A DNA stretch of 64,000 nucleotides from Torpedo marmorata. Lineage: Eukaryota. This document shows, one piece after another, positions 12,190 through 25,513 of this stretch. Location of the stretch: assembly GCA_977017645.1 (NCBI GenBank), contig OZ360225.1, forward strand, positions 139,314,001 through 139,378,000. The letters are read 5' to 3'. Under the pieces are notes generated by a model that did not search any database, was not told where the DNA came from, and saw only the letters and a list, made by a program, of their open reading frames with translations. The position numbers were made by a program, and so were the translations under genes. Within the stretch, counting starts at the first letter, position 1, and every line of letters starts with the position of its first letter.

Positions 12190-15095
12190 AGAACACAGTA
12201 CAGGCCCTTCGGCCCTCAATATTGTGCTGACCCCGACCCATATATCCCTAAAAAAAAGTACTAAACCCACCCTATCCTGTCACCCTCTATTTTTCCTTCA
12301 TCCATGTGCCTGTCTAAGAGTCTCTTAAATGCCCCTAATGCTTCAGCCTCCACCACCATCCCAGGCAAGGCATTCCAGGCACCCACAACTCTGCGTAAAA
12401 AACTTACCCCTAAACTTCCCTCCCTTCACTTTGTACATATGTCCTTGATGTTTGCTATTCCTGCCCTGGGAAACAGGTGCTGGCTTTCCACCCTATCTAT
12501 GCCTCTCATAATCTTGAAGACCTCTATCAAGTCTCCTTTCATCCTTCTACGCTCCAAAGAGAAAAGTCCCAGTTCTGCTAACCTTGCCTCATAAGACTTG
12601 TTTTCCAATCCAGGCAACATCCTGGTAAATCTCCTCTGCACCCTCTCCATAGCTTCCACATCCTTCCTATAATGAGGTGACCAGAACTGAACACAATACT
12701 CCAAGTGTGGTCTTACCAGAGATTTGTAGAGTTGCAACATGACCTCTCTACTCCTGAACTCAATCCACCTATTAATGAAGCCCAGCATCCCATAGGCCTT
12801 CTTAACCATCCTATCAACCTGTGCGGCCACCTTGAGGGATGTATGGATTTGAACCCCAAGGTCCCTCTGTTCATCCATACTCTTAAGTAACCAACCATTA
12901 ACCCTGTACTCAGCCTTCTGGTTAGTCCTTCCAAAATGCATCACCTCACACTTATCCGGATTGAACTCCATCTGCCACTTTTATGCCCAAATCTGCATCC
13001 TGTCTATATCCTCTTGTAACTTTCGACAACCTTCAGCTCCATCCACAACTCCTCCAACCTTCGTGTCATCCGCAAACTTACTGACCCATCCTTCTGCCTC
13101 TTCATCCAGGTCATTTATAAAAATCACAAAGAGCAGAGGTCCCAGAACAGATCCTTGCAGCACTCCACTAGTCACCGACCTCCAGGCAGAATACTTTCCT
13201 TCCACTACAGGTGCCTAACCTTTTATCCGAAAACCTTGGGACCGGACACTTTTCGGAATTCCGATTTTTTCGGATTATAGAATTATTTTAACGGCGGTAC
13301 TTTTAAATAATTGCGTTGCTTCAGATTCGCGCAAAACAAAGACACACTCCAACTAGAAGGGTTTCTGGACGGTGGCGTTGGATGGTGGCGAGTTGCGGCG
13401 GCGCTCGACAGGGGGGGTTCGTGGCGGCACTGGGTCGTGGGGGGGTTGCGGCGGCACTGGACGGGGGTGATCGCGGCGGCGCTGCATGGGGGTGTTCGCG
13501 GTGGCGCTGGGGGTTTCAGCGGCGCTGGACGGGGGTGTTTGCGCCGGCGCTGGATGGGAGGGGGGAAGTGAGATAAAGATAGACCATAAAATTACTAGTG
13601 TACTTTTTATTTTTAAGTAAAACATATAGTAAAACTTCAAACATTAACTGGCTCAAACTAAGCGAAACACCTGAAAATATACTGGAAAAAATGTTCGGTT
13701 TTCGGAATTTCGGATAAAAGGTTAGGCAACTGTACTACTCTCTGCTTTCTTCCTGCAAGCCAATTTTTTATCCACACAGCCAAGGTTCCACTGGTCCCAT
13801 GCCTCATGACTTTCTGGATGAGAATCTCGTGGGAGACCTTGTCAAATGCCTTGCTAAAATCCATGTAGACCACATCTACTGCCCTACCCTCATCAATTTC
13901 TTTTGTTACCTCCTCAAAAAACTCAATTAGGCTCTTGAGGCACGACTTTCCCTTCACAAAGCTATGCTGACTATCCTTGAGTACACTGTACTTCTCCAAA
14001 TGCTCATAGATCCTATCCTTAAGAATCATCTCCAATAGATTGCACACCACTGACGTTCGACTCACCGGTCTATAATTCCCAGGATTCTCCCTATTACCTT
14101 TTTTAAACAAGGGGACTACATTTGCCATTCTCCAATCCTCTGGCACATCCCATGCGGCCATAGAGGATTCAAAGATCATCTCTACTGCCCCAGCTATCTC
14201 TTTTATCACTTCCCACAGCATCCTGGGGTATATCGCGTCCGGCCCTGGGGACCTATCAATCTTGATGTCTCTAAGAAGATCCAATACTTCCTCTTTCTTA
14301 ATCTCCTCATTGTCCAGCGCACAGGCCTGTTCTATTCTGACCTCACCCTGATCAAGGTCCTTTTCTTTTGTGAAACAAAGTATTCATTTAGGACCTCCGC
14401 AACCTCCTCCGCCTCCAGGCACATTTCGCCTCCTTTATCCTTTAGTGGCCCCACCCTCATTCTCGTCATCCTTCTGTTCTTCACATACGCATGGAACGCT
14501 TTGGGGTTCTCCTTAATCCTACATGCCAAGGCCTTCTCATGCCCCCTTCGAGCTCTCCTAAGTCCTTTCTTAAGCTCCTTCCTGGCAACCATATATTTCT
14601 CATGAGCCCATCCTGTTTCCTGCTTCCTATATCTATATGCTTCCTTCTTCCTCTTGACTAGTTGCCTCACCTGTTTTGTCAGCCACGATTCCATTTTCCT
14701 ACCATCCTTTCCTTGTCCCAGTGGGACAAACCTATCCTGAACCCAGCACAAGTGGTTCCTAAACTTCCTCCACATTACTTCCGTGCTTTCACCCTTGAAC
14801 ATCTGTTTCCAATTTACTCTCGCTAGTTCCTGCCTCATCCCTTCATAATTAGCCCTTCCCCAGTTAAGCACTTTCCTATTTTGTCTGTTTTTATCCTTTT
14901 CCATAGCTATGCTGAAGCTAAGGGAGTTGTGGTCGCTCTCACCAAAATGCTCCCCCATCAGGAGGTCCACCACTTGACCAGGTTCATTACCCAGAACTAG
15001 ATCTAGTATGGCCTCTCCTCTCGTCGGCTGGTCCACATACTGTGTCAGGAATCCTTCTTGAACACACCTGACAAATTCAGCCCCATCTATCCCGT
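12190..15095 (-). mobile_element. CR1 LINE (endonuclease end to 3' end), frameshifted, interrupted by a MITE
   Basis: ORFs 14332-15144 (PTRGEAILDLVL, ESDH), 13658-14284, 12981-13205 (KFADD), 12426-12971. Confidence 0.92.
13208..13732. mobile_element. TcMar/Tigger(pogo)-like MITE with GC-rich interior
   Basis: TA TSD; ~25-bp TIR CAG(G/T)TGCCTAACCTTTTATCCGAAA; the CR1 reading frame resumes on both sides. Confidence 0.88.
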
Positions 15096-16460
15096 TAGTA
15101 GTAGGTAAATTATCGGAAGGTGTTCTAAGAGATCGGATATGCAATTATTTGGATAGCCAGGGACTGATTAGGGATAGTCAACATGGCTTTATGCGTGGTA
15201 GATCATGTTTAACCAATCTTATAGAGTTTTTCGAGGAGGTTACCAAGAAAGTTAACGAAGGAAATGCTGTGGATGTTGTCTATATGGACTTTAGTAAGGC
15301 CTTTGACAAGGTCCCGCATGGGAGGTTAGTCAGGAAGGTTCAAACGCTAGGTATTCATGGTGAAGTAGTGAACTGGATTTGACAATGGCTGGACGGGAGA
15401 AGCCAGAGAGTAGTGGTGGATGATTGCTTCTCAGATTGGAGGCCTGTGACTAGTGGTGTGCCTCAGGGATCGGTACTGGGACCATTGTTGTTTGTCATCT
15501 ATATGAATGATCTGGATGACAATGTGGTAATTGGATTAGTAACTTTGCACATGATACTAAGATTGGAGGTGTGGTAGACAGCTAAGAAGGTTTTCAAAGT
15601 TTGCAGAGGGATCTGGACCAGCTGGTAAAGTGGGCTGAAAAATGGCAGATGGAATTTAATGCAGACAAGTGTGAGGTGTTGCATTTTGGAAGGACAAACC
15701 AAGAAAGGACATACATGGTAAATGGTTGGGCACTGAGGTGAGGTAGAACAGAGGGATCTGGGAATACAGATACATAAATCCCTGAAAGTGGCGTCACATG
15801 TGGATAGGGTTGTAAAGAAAGCTTTTGGCACATTGGTCTTCATAAATCAAAGTATTGAGTACAGGAGTTGGGATGTTATATTAAAGTTGTATAAGACATT
15901 GGTGAGGCCAATTTGGAGTATTGTGTGCCGGTTTGGTCGCCTAACTACAGGAAGGATATCAATAAGATAGAGTACAGAGAAGATTTTCTAGGATGTTGCC
16001 CGGACTTCAGGGACTGAGTTACAGGGAAAGGTTAAACAGTTTAGTACTTTATTCCCTCGAGCGTAGAAGAATGAGGGGTGATTTGATAGAGGTATTTAAA
16101 ATTATGAGGGGGATAGACAGAGTAAATGTAGATAGGCTTTTTCCATTGAGGGTGGGTGAGATTCAAACAAGATGACATGGGTTAAGGGTGAAAGGGGAAA
16201 AGTTTAGGGGGAACATGAGGGGGGAACTTTTTCACTCAGAGAGTGGTGGGAGTGTGGAACGAGCTTCCAGCTGAAGTTGTAGATGCAGGCTCGATTTTAA
16301 CATTTAAGGGAAATTTGGACAGGTATATGGATTGGAGAGGTATGGAGGGCTATGAATTGAGTACAGGTCAGTAGGACTAGGCAAGTAAAACTGGTTCGGC
16401 ACAGACTAGAGGGGCCGAAGTGGCCTGTTTCTGTGCTGTTATGGTTCTTTGGTTCTCTCT
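15096..16460 (+). mobile_element. 5'-truncated CR1 LINE (RT and 3' end), followed by a TC/TCTA microsatellite to ~16510
   Basis: QHGFMRGRSCLTNL, DFSKAFDKVPH, RGDLIEVFKI; closely similar to the reverse complement of 7640-9630. Confidence 0.9.
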
Positions 16461-16942
16461 CTATCTCTATCTTTCTTTCTTTCTCTATCTCTATTTCTCT
16501 CTATCTATCGCCACTGCTCCTTTTGGATTTACTTCCACTCTCTGCCATTAGCACATCACTTTTGCAATAAATCAGATTAAAATATAATGAATTCAGTAAT
16601 GAATACAACTAGTGCTGCTGTGATAACACCCAAGAGTTATGCAACTCATAGATTTGAAATTCAGTACCTTTCCCTTGAGAATCCTGAGTAATTGGAGAAA
16701 AGCTCCGAGCTAATGCATATAATCTGTGTGTGCAGTATTCACAACTTTAACGTGGAGCACTGCAGACTGGCATCTTAATACTGTGAAATATTACATTGAA
16801 AAATAAATTACTATTTTTTGCATTCTTGAATACTGGTCTGAGAAAAATAATTAAAGAAACTTATGGGCAAGCATGTTGGTAAATTGTTGGTGGTGCTTTG
16901 TCTTGATTAGTAATGGTGAAAAATTGGAATTTAATTCCACAG

Positions 16943-17147
16943 AACCAGTATATTATTGGCAGCAGACTGATGAAGACCTAACTGTAAATATCCAACTACC
17001 AGAAAGCACAACAAAACAGAGCATAGAGTTCCAGTTGTCATCGGATTACTTGCAAGTTGGAGTAAAAGGACAAGTCGTTTTCTTAGAGGGACAGTTATTC
17101 TCTTCGGTAGACCACGGCCAGAGCACTTGGACAATCACGGAAAATAG
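16943..17147 (+). CDS. NUDCD1: Internal exon of NudC domain-containing protein 1 (CS/p23-like domain)
   Basis: Translates EPVYYWQQTDEDLTVNIQLPESTTKQSIEFQLSSDYLQVGVKGQVVFLEGQLFSSVDHGQSTWTITEN, matching vertebrate NUDCD1 as I recall it (EPLYYWQQTEDDLTVTIRLPE...FLEGKLYSSIDHESSTWII). Acceptor TTCCACAG|, probable donor AG|GCAAGT. No other exon recognised in the window. Confidence 0.9.
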
Positions 17148-17859
17148 GCAAGTACTTTCCCTGCTCTCATTCTTAATAATTGCATGGTAACAGGACAGAA
17201 CTAGCAACAGTTTACGTGGGAAAGACCTCACTGATTACCTGAAGTTTGTTGAAAGCATATGTTGCCATTGTGGAAGTCCCAAACCTTTTGAGAGATCTTG
17301 GCACGGTCATTCCAACTGTACTCTGATATTGGACTTGCTAGAGTTCAGGAACAGAGCTCCAACTTGTTGCAGTCTCAGCAGTCACACGAGGGATTCACCC
17401 ACTGAACCCCTGCAGATTAGGGTTAGCATAGGTTCATCAATTGCATCCTTTTCATGAGAAAAAGGCATAATTAAGACAATGTAATTTTCAGAATTAATTT
17501 ATTTAACAAATGTTTAATAGTTTTAAAATATTGTTGTTTTAATGATTACGGTAATTATTAAAATTTTAAAAATCAATTAAGAAATAATTAAATATTTTAT
17601 GAGATGAATCTTAATAGTTTTTGAGTGCTTTGTGAATGTTGGTGTTATTCACAGGTATTGAGACTTATTTCAACCAACTAAGTTGCCATAACACATAAGA
17701 AGGAGAGAGTAGCAGATGAGTGGCTTGCCAGATCAAGGCAGGCAAGGAAGGGATGCCCTTGGGACAGGGTGGAGGTGTATGCAGAAAGTTGCCAAGGTAA
17801 ACCTTATCCTCAAAAGACTGGTCAGATCCAAACTCATAATTTTTTTGCCCAATCTGTGT

Positions 17860-18590
17860 ACTCCCAATAATTAGTAAAATGAGGAGAGCATTGTCAACAG
17901 TGCTTTCAGGTGGGACTTGCTCACTAGTACCTCGGTTCTGTTTTGCCAGAACCATTCAGTTTGAAGCCTTGTCACAGCCCAGATCCAAACAAAGACAAAG
18001 GGGTGAATTGTAGAGGTGAGGTGCAAGCAACTGCCTTTGAATGAGTCCTGGTAAAGTGCAGTTAATGGAAATCCACAGAAGAACGCTTCGCTGATTGGCA
18101 TCCTAGATTGCACAGAGAGGTCTGATGGCCTACACCTGCTCCTATTTCTTGTGTTCTTATAGTTGAGGTCAATCAAACCAACCACTGAACATTGCTGCAG
18201 AACTGAAAATAAAAAATGGTCGAAATGCTCAGCAGGTCAGGCAGCAACTGTGGAGAAAGAAAGTGTCAATGTTTCAGTTAGGTAATCTTTCTCAAGAAAA
18301 TGTTTCTCTTTTCATAGATTCTTCCTGACCTGATGAGCATCTCCAGAATTTTGTGTTTTGTCATATTTTCAGCATCTGCAGCTTTTTTTAAAGTTTAATT
18401 TAACCCACTGCAAGAGTTCCTTGGGCATATCCTAGGCTCGAACATTTTCTGCTTCATCAAAACCTCTGTCTCTCATGAGGGCAGAAGTTGGAATGATGGG
18501 TGAAGATTGTACAATGTTCATTTCTAATTGCAACACCTCTGAACAAAATCTGGGCATGCTGATGAGCAGCAATATCTGGCTAGCGTTCAA
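17860..18590 (+). mobile_element. Ancient, highly decayed CR1-like RT remnant
   Basis: Residual similarity to ...ELNSRGEVR... and [16 protein letters not shown]...MFADDCTMF-type coding sequence; no intact frame. Confidence 0.4.
18195..18382. mobile_element. Palindromic Penelope-derived short element (inverted tail pair)
   Basis: GCTCAGCAGGTCAGGCAGC ... CCTGACCTGATGAGCATCTCCAG in inverted orientation; similar tails at 3500-3563, 50545-51230 and 63680-63800. Confidence 0.5.
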
Positions 18591-19239
18591 ACTTGTGCCT
18601 ATTGTGCTCTATGGAAGAAATATTTTTCTTTTGTGATGTATCTTCAATGATAAAGGGTTCAGTTCTCTAGGACTGTGATCTCAACCCAAAGCCATGGCAA
18701 CTTGATCCTTTTGTTGTTTGGTTTGAATTTTATGAGCCCGAAGGATCCAGCTCTCCTTTATAATTGATTGGAGCACAAGATTTTGAATCTAATTTCAGCT
18801 ATTCAAGGTTTTTGCAGGTTGTTGGGGATGTGCACTTTGGTTTCCTATATTATGGCTATCCAGCTGTCACCTCAGTTCAGAGGTGATATCGAATGACTAA
18901 TAAAATGTGTCATCAGCAGTAACATCCCTTTTCTAAGAATTGAAATAAAAGTAAAGAAAGGCAGATATTTTCCCGAGAAGATCTTCCAAGAAGCACCTAG
19001 GTGTCTTACTTCTCATTGGTTTTGCTAAATTACCAACATGGCTGTTAGGTTCTAATGCTAGTGTTAATAGTATCCTTCTCCAGAATTCCCAGGTTTTATT
19101 ACACAAGTTTGGTGTCTTGGATAAAAGCATTCCCTCTGTCAGACACTTTTTTCCTTTATTTGCCCCTGTGCTCCTCAGTTTTAAATTTGTAATCAAACAA
19201 TTCACATATGATAAAAGTGCGCATTCCAGATTTTATTCA

Positions 19240-19435
19240 AGGTTCGCGCTGTCTGTAAGGAGTTTGTACGTTCTCCCCGTGTCTGCGTGGGTTTTCCCCG
19301 GGGGCTCTGGTTTCTTCCCACCATTTAAAATGTACCGGGGGTTGTAGGTTAATTGGGTGTAATAGGGCGGCACGGGCACGTGGGCCTAAATGTGGGCCTG
19401 TTACCGTGCTGTATGTCAAAATTAAATTAAATTAT
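19240..19435 (+). mobile_element. tRNA-derived V-SINE/HE1-like SINE (5'-truncated)
   Basis: V-domain core GTAAGGAGTTTGTACGTTCTCCCCGTGTCTGCGTGGGTTT.CC..GG..CTC.GGTTTC. Confidence 0.8.
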
Positions 19436-19442
19436 TTGTATA

Positions 19443-19875
19443 CAGTTTGGTTTGACCATGTAGAAATTACAGCACTTTTTATACATAGTCCCCCATTTCA
19501 GGGCACCATAATGTTTGGGACATTTGGCTTCACAGGTGTTTGTGATTACTCAGGTATGTTTAATTGCTTCATTGGTGCAGGTATAAGAGAGCTAGGCTTG
19601 CTTCTAAGCTTTTGATCACCTTTGGAGTCTGTAGTTGCCATTTTTCAACATGAGGACCAGAGTTGTGCCAATGAAAGTCAAAGAAGCCATTATGAGGCTG
19701 AAAAACAAGAATAAAACAATAAGAGACATTGCCCAAACCTTAGGATTACCTAAATCGACTGTTTGGAACATCATTAAGAAGAAAGAGCGTACTGGTGAGC
19801 TCGGTAATTGCAAAGGGACTGGTAGGCCAAGGAAAACCTCCACTGCTGATGACAGAAGAATTCTCATCATAATGA
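19443..19875 (+). mobile_element. Tc1 transposon remnant encoding the N-terminal DNA-binding region of transposase
   Basis: MRTRVVPMKVKEAIMRL...IAQTLGLPKSTVWNIIKK...GRPRKTS (paired-like HTH plus GRPR motif); DDE domain absent. Confidence 0.85.
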
Positions 19876-20080
19876 AGTTTGGAAATGGACTTGACAGTAA
19901 AAAGTGCAAAATAAATAAGGCCCTGTCGCTATTTATTAACAATGGGAATCGGGGGCGTGGCGTGATGGCGTAGGTGGAAGACGTGAAAATACACCTCTCC
20001 CCACAGATTAGACCAAGAAGCCTTTTTAATAACTTTAAAAGTTTTTAAACAGCTTGAAAATTATTATTAGTTCTTTAACA

Positions 20081-21377
20081 ATGGCCTCTAAAAAATCGAG
20101 GGAACAGAAAGCAAGGAAAGTAATGATTCAATCAACTTTGATACAAGAGGAAAAGCGGCCTACCTGTCTGCTGGAGCCTGGAGCTGTCGTAATGCCCTTG
20201 CCGAAGTCGCAGCGCGAAAGGTCATCTAGTGAGTCTGTAGCGCCGGCGCTGTCTTTTCAGGGAGCTGGGGAAGATGGCGCCGGCGCTCGGAGAAAAACTA
20301 CAAGAGTCCCGTTGGAAGCAACGCGCATGCGCGAAACGACGCGAATACGCGAATCACAGCGGGCATTATCAGAGGAGTTCAGTAGGAGAAGAGATGCTCC
20401 CCAGACATTACTATATGCTGGGGAGCAGGATACATCGTCGGATTCAGAGGCCAAGGATAAGGATATCCAGCAGACTTCAGAGTTACAAGTTGAAGAATAT
20501 GAAACTTATCCAGAAGTCCCTACTACAGAATATTGGTTTTTAAAAGAAAATCAACAGCAAATATTACAGGCCATTTCAAGATTAGAAGTTAATATGCAGC
20601 AAGAATTTAAAGAGGTGAAGCAGAATATTAAGAAATTGGAAAATTCTGTGAGTAAAATGGAAAATAGAGTTCAAAAAGTTGAAGATGATGTTAAGAATAA
20701 TTATGATGAATTTACGGACTATAGAGAAAGAGTTGATAAAATAGATGATTCATTTGCAGGATGGGAATTACAAAGAAATCAATTGATGCAAAAAATGGAT
20801 CAATTGGAAAATCAAAGCCGAAGAAATAATGTTAAAATACTGGGATACTGAAACACTAGATGCAACTCAATTTTTTCAAGATTGGCTTATGCAAATTTTT
20901 GCTTTTGACAAACCAGTGGAGCTGGAAAGAGCACATAGAATTGGGAGACGAAATCAGAGAGATCGGAGACCACGTCCTGTATTGATGAAATGTCTTAGAT
21001 ATCAAGATAGAGAAAAAATATTGAGAGCAGCGATTCAGAAGGCGAGAGATAATAGAGCTCCAATGATGATGGATGGAAATAAAGTGCTTTTTTATCCAGA
21101 TTTAAGTCCAGCGGTAGTTAAGAGTCGTAAAGAATTCAATCCAACAAAAGCATTACTTTGGCAGAAAGGATATAAATTTTTGTTTAAATATCCTGCGGCT
21201 TTGAGAGTTCAAAGTAATGGAAATGACTTCATTCTGTTTATGGATCCTCAACAAGCTTATAAACATGCACAAGCTCTTCCATATTTGTCTAAAAATTTTG
21301 GAATGAATAATCGTCAGCAAGATCAAGAAAATCAACCAATACAAGCTCCTTCACCAAGTTCTTTGCCAAGAGAGTAG
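20081..21377 (+). pseudogene. L1 ORF1p (coiled coil, RRM, CTD); frameshift/deletion near 20845
   Basis: LENQSRRNNVKILG, ELERAHRIG, FYPDLS and YPA motifs. Confidence 0.9.
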
Positions 21378-21720
21378 AGGGTTCGAGTTCAGACTGAGGA
21401 AGAACAAGAAGATTTGGACATTGGATCAGTTAATTGAAGATATGATGTATAAGTTTACGTTAATCTGTTGGGGGGAGGTGGACTTTTTGTCTCTTCTTCC
21501 TAACCGTACACCACCTTAGTGGCGAGAGCCACTTCTCGAACAATGGAGGGGGGTAATACTGGGATAAAAATGCCAGTATTTTATATGCGGGGGTTTTCGT
21601 TTTTCTTTTTCTTTCTTTTCTTTCTATCTTTTACTTTACTTGAGGGGATATCAAGTAGTTTACAATTTAGGAGGGGAAAGCTAGTAGATTTGATTGAAAG
21701 AGATTTGTTACAATTTGATT

Positions 21721-24700
21721 ATGATGGATAGTAAGAGTATAAATTTAGTAAGTATTAATATAAATGGGCTTAATAATCCGATTAAGAGGAAAAGAACTTT
21801 AGCATATATTAAAAAGTTGAGGGTAGATATAGCTTTCTTACAAGAGACTCATTTGATAGACCTGGAACATCAAAAATTAAAAAGAGAGTGGGTTGGTCAT
21901 GTGGTGGCTTCTTCATTTAATTCTAAAGCAAGAGGCATAGCTATATTAATTAATAAAAAAATTACCTTTTAAGATACAATCGGTAGTTACAGATGTAGCA
22001 GGAAGATATGTTTTGATACATTGTCAAATTTATTCAGAATCTTGGACACTTATGAATTTATATGTGTCAAATCCAGATGATGAGCAGTTTATTCAAGATG
22101 CCTTTTTGCATTTGTCAGATGCTAATGAGAATATTTTAATTGGGGGAGATTTTAATTGTTGTTTAGATTCAATAATGGATAAAACCTCAAGATCACCTGT
22201 TAGAGCTAAAATTGTTTAAAAAGTTCTTAATTTGATGAAAGATTTAAATTTAATAGACATTTGGAGGAGATTGAACCCTAGGGAGAAAGATTATTCATTT
22301 TATTCTTTTAGACATGATTCATACTCTAGGATAGATTTATTTCTATTATCATCACAGGTTCAAGATAGAATAACGCAAGCATCTTATAAAGCGAGAGTAA
22401 TCTCTGATCATTCACCTTTGTTATTGTCTTGTATAATTCCGGAAAAAGAAAAAACTATATATAATTGGAGATTTGATTCGTCGTTATTAAAAAGGAAAGA
22501 TTTTTGTGAATATATAAGAAGAGAAATTCAGGAATTTTTACGAATAAATGTTAATTCTATTAATGATAAATTTACAGTGTGGGAAGCTTTAAAAGCTTAT
22601 CTAAGGGGTCTAATAATAAGCTATTCAGTTAAAATTAAGAAAGATTATCTTAAGGAATCAGAAAAACTTGAGAAGGAAATTGAACTTATGGAGAAGGATT
22701 TACAGAGAAATAGATCAATTCAAAAAAGAAATCGTTTAATAGGGAAGAAATTACATTATAATTTGTTACAAACATATAAAATGGAAAAATTAATAGAGAA
22801 AACTAAACAAAGATATTATGAATTAGGAGAAAGAGCACATAAGGTTTTGGCATGGCAATTGAAAAAAGAACAAGTTTCTAAAACTATAAATGCTATAAGG
22901 AAGAAAAATACTGGAGAAATAACTTATAAACCTCAAGAGATAAATGAATCTTTTAAAGATTATTATCAGAATTTATATAAATCGCAGATTGACCAAGATG
23001 ATTCTAAAATTAATAGATTCCTATCTAAAATCATATTACCTAAATTGAATATTCGGAGTAGAGACTCTTTGGATTTGCCTTTCACAATGAGGGAAATTAG
23101 TGAAGTTTTTTCTTCGCTGAAGAGAGGTAAATCTCCGGGTGATTACGGGTTTCCATCAGAATTTTATAAAGAATTTAAAGATTTATTAATACCTCCATAT
23201 ATGGAAGTACTAGATCAAATTACGGAAACTCATTCATTACCGAAAACATTCTTAAATGCTATAATTACAGTTATACCAAAGAAGGATAGAGATGTATTAA
23301 AAACTGAATCATATAGACCTATTTCATTATTAAATGTAGATTATAAAATAATGGCAAAAATTTTAGCAAACAGAATGGCTAAATATTTGCCAGATTTGAT
23401 ACATATAGACCAAGCTGGTTTTATTAAAAATAGATATTCAAAGGATAATATAGCTAGATTAATTAGTTTAATTAGTTTGCATAAAAAGAAACAAGATTTA
23501 CCATTAGTTGTAACATTAGACACTGAAAAGGCTTTTGATAGATTAGAATGGAATTTTTTATTTAAGGTATTAGAAAAATTTGGTTTTGGAACTACATTTA
23601 TAAATTGGATTAAAACTATATATAAAGAACCATCAGCTAAAGTAATTACAAATGGACAAATATCGCCAAAATTTTCTTTGACACGTTCTACGGGACAGGG
23701 ATGTCCCCTGTCGCCAGCTTTATTTGTTTTGGCGATAGAACCCTTGGCTGAATTAGTTAGAAAAGATCCTAAGATAGTGGGTATTAAAGTTGGTATGGAA
23801 GAACATAAGATTAGTTTGTTCGCAGATGATGTATTGATATATATGACAAAATCTATTATATCACTTCAACAACTATCTATTATATTAAGAGAATATGGTG
23901 AAATATCTGGATATAAAATTAATTCGGATAAAAGTGAAATAATGGCTTTATCTCAAGGTGATTATACCAGATGTAAAGAAATTACACAATTTAAATGGGC
24001 TAAAGAAGGAATTAAATATTTGGGGGTTAAGGTCGATACAAAATTGGAAAATTTATATAAATTAAATTATTTACCATTATTTGGGAAAATAAAGAAAGAT
24101 TTAGAGAATTGGAAAGATTTACCCATAACTTTAATGGGAAGGGTAAATTGTATTAAAATGAATATTTTTCCAAGAGTTCAGTATCTTTTTCAATCAATTC
24201 CTTTTGGAATTCCTCAAACATTTTTTAAAGATTTAAATTTTATTATTAGGAAATTTTTATGGAAAGGAAAGTTAGCAAGAGTAAGTATGGAAAAGTTAAC
24301 TTGGAATTATGAGATGGGTGGATTGCAACTTCCTAATTTTCAAAATTATTATAAAGCAGCTCAATTAAAATTTGTTAATGAATTTTTTGATTCAACTAAA
24401 TCTTCTGCTTGGATTAAAATAGAATTAAATAATATAGGAGAAAATCTTAAAGAACAAATTATTTATAAATGGGATTCTAAATTAATATCATTAAAAAAGA
24501 AAAATTCACCGATTATTAAACATTTGTTAGAAATATGGGGTAAGACGGATAAAGAGATAGGTGGAAGAGGATTAATTTCTTCAAATATGCCATTATATCA
24601 AAATGGACTTATATCATTTACTGTTAATAATCAGTTACTTAAAATTTGGTTTCAAAAAGGTATTAAGAAGATTAATGATTGTTTTGAAGCTGGAAAATTT

Positions 24701-25513
24701 ATTACGTTTCAAAGAATGAAAGATAAATTTAATATACCAGATAATACATTTTTAGCTTATTTTCAAGTTAAAGCTTTTTTGACTGAGAAATTAGGTTATG
24801 CTTTGATTTTAACGAGACAAAATGAACTAGAATTATTAGTTACTAATGGAGATGTTAATAAATTCATTTCTCAAATGTATAAATTGTTTCAGAGGAAAAT
24901 GCCTAAAATAGGATTGCATAAATTAAGATTAAAATGGGAATTAGATTTAAATGTAAATATAGATGAAAATCATTGGAAAGATTTATGTAAATTAAGTATG
25001 ACGAAGATTATCAATGTTAGATATAGATTAGTACAATATAATTTTTTTCATCAATTATACTTAACACCTAAAAAATTAAAGAAATTTAATCCGACTTTAT
25101 CAGGCTTATGTTTTAGATGCAATAGAGAGGAAGGTTCTTTTGTTCATTCTACATGGTTTTGTCCACAAATTCAAGATTTTTGGTTGAAAGTTAAACATTT
25201 TTTAGATAAAGTATTTAATATTGTATTTCCAATGGATCCTATGTTATTTTTATTTGGAGATATTAAAAAATTTAGTATTAAAAAGAAATTAAATATGTTT
25301 CAAGTAGAATTTTTGCGAATTGCTTTAGCTGTTTCAAAAAAATGCATTGCTATTACTTGGAAATCTGACTTAGATTTAGGATTAGAAAGATAGCATGCAG
25401 AACTCCGTTCGTGTATACCACTAGAAAAAATTACTTATAATTTACGTAATAAATATCATTTTTTCTTGAAAATCTGGAGCCCATATATGAGAGCTGTGGG
25501 TTTAAGGATTTGA
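21721..25513 (+). pseudogene. L1 ORF2p (APE endonuclease, RT, CCHC); frameshifts at ~21960 and ~22217, nonsense codon at 25391
   Basis: SININGLN, LQETH, GGDFN, SRIDLF, SDH, QGCPLSP, FADD, CFRC...H...C. Confidence 0.93.

Noticed and set aside
16873-17190. 105-aa single-exon ORF as listed
   Set aside because: Only 16943-17147 resembles NUDCD1; the flanks are intron read-through.
22232-25393. Active L1 ORF2
   Set aside because: Upstream frameshifts split the endonuclease, and a nonsense codon truncates the C-terminus.
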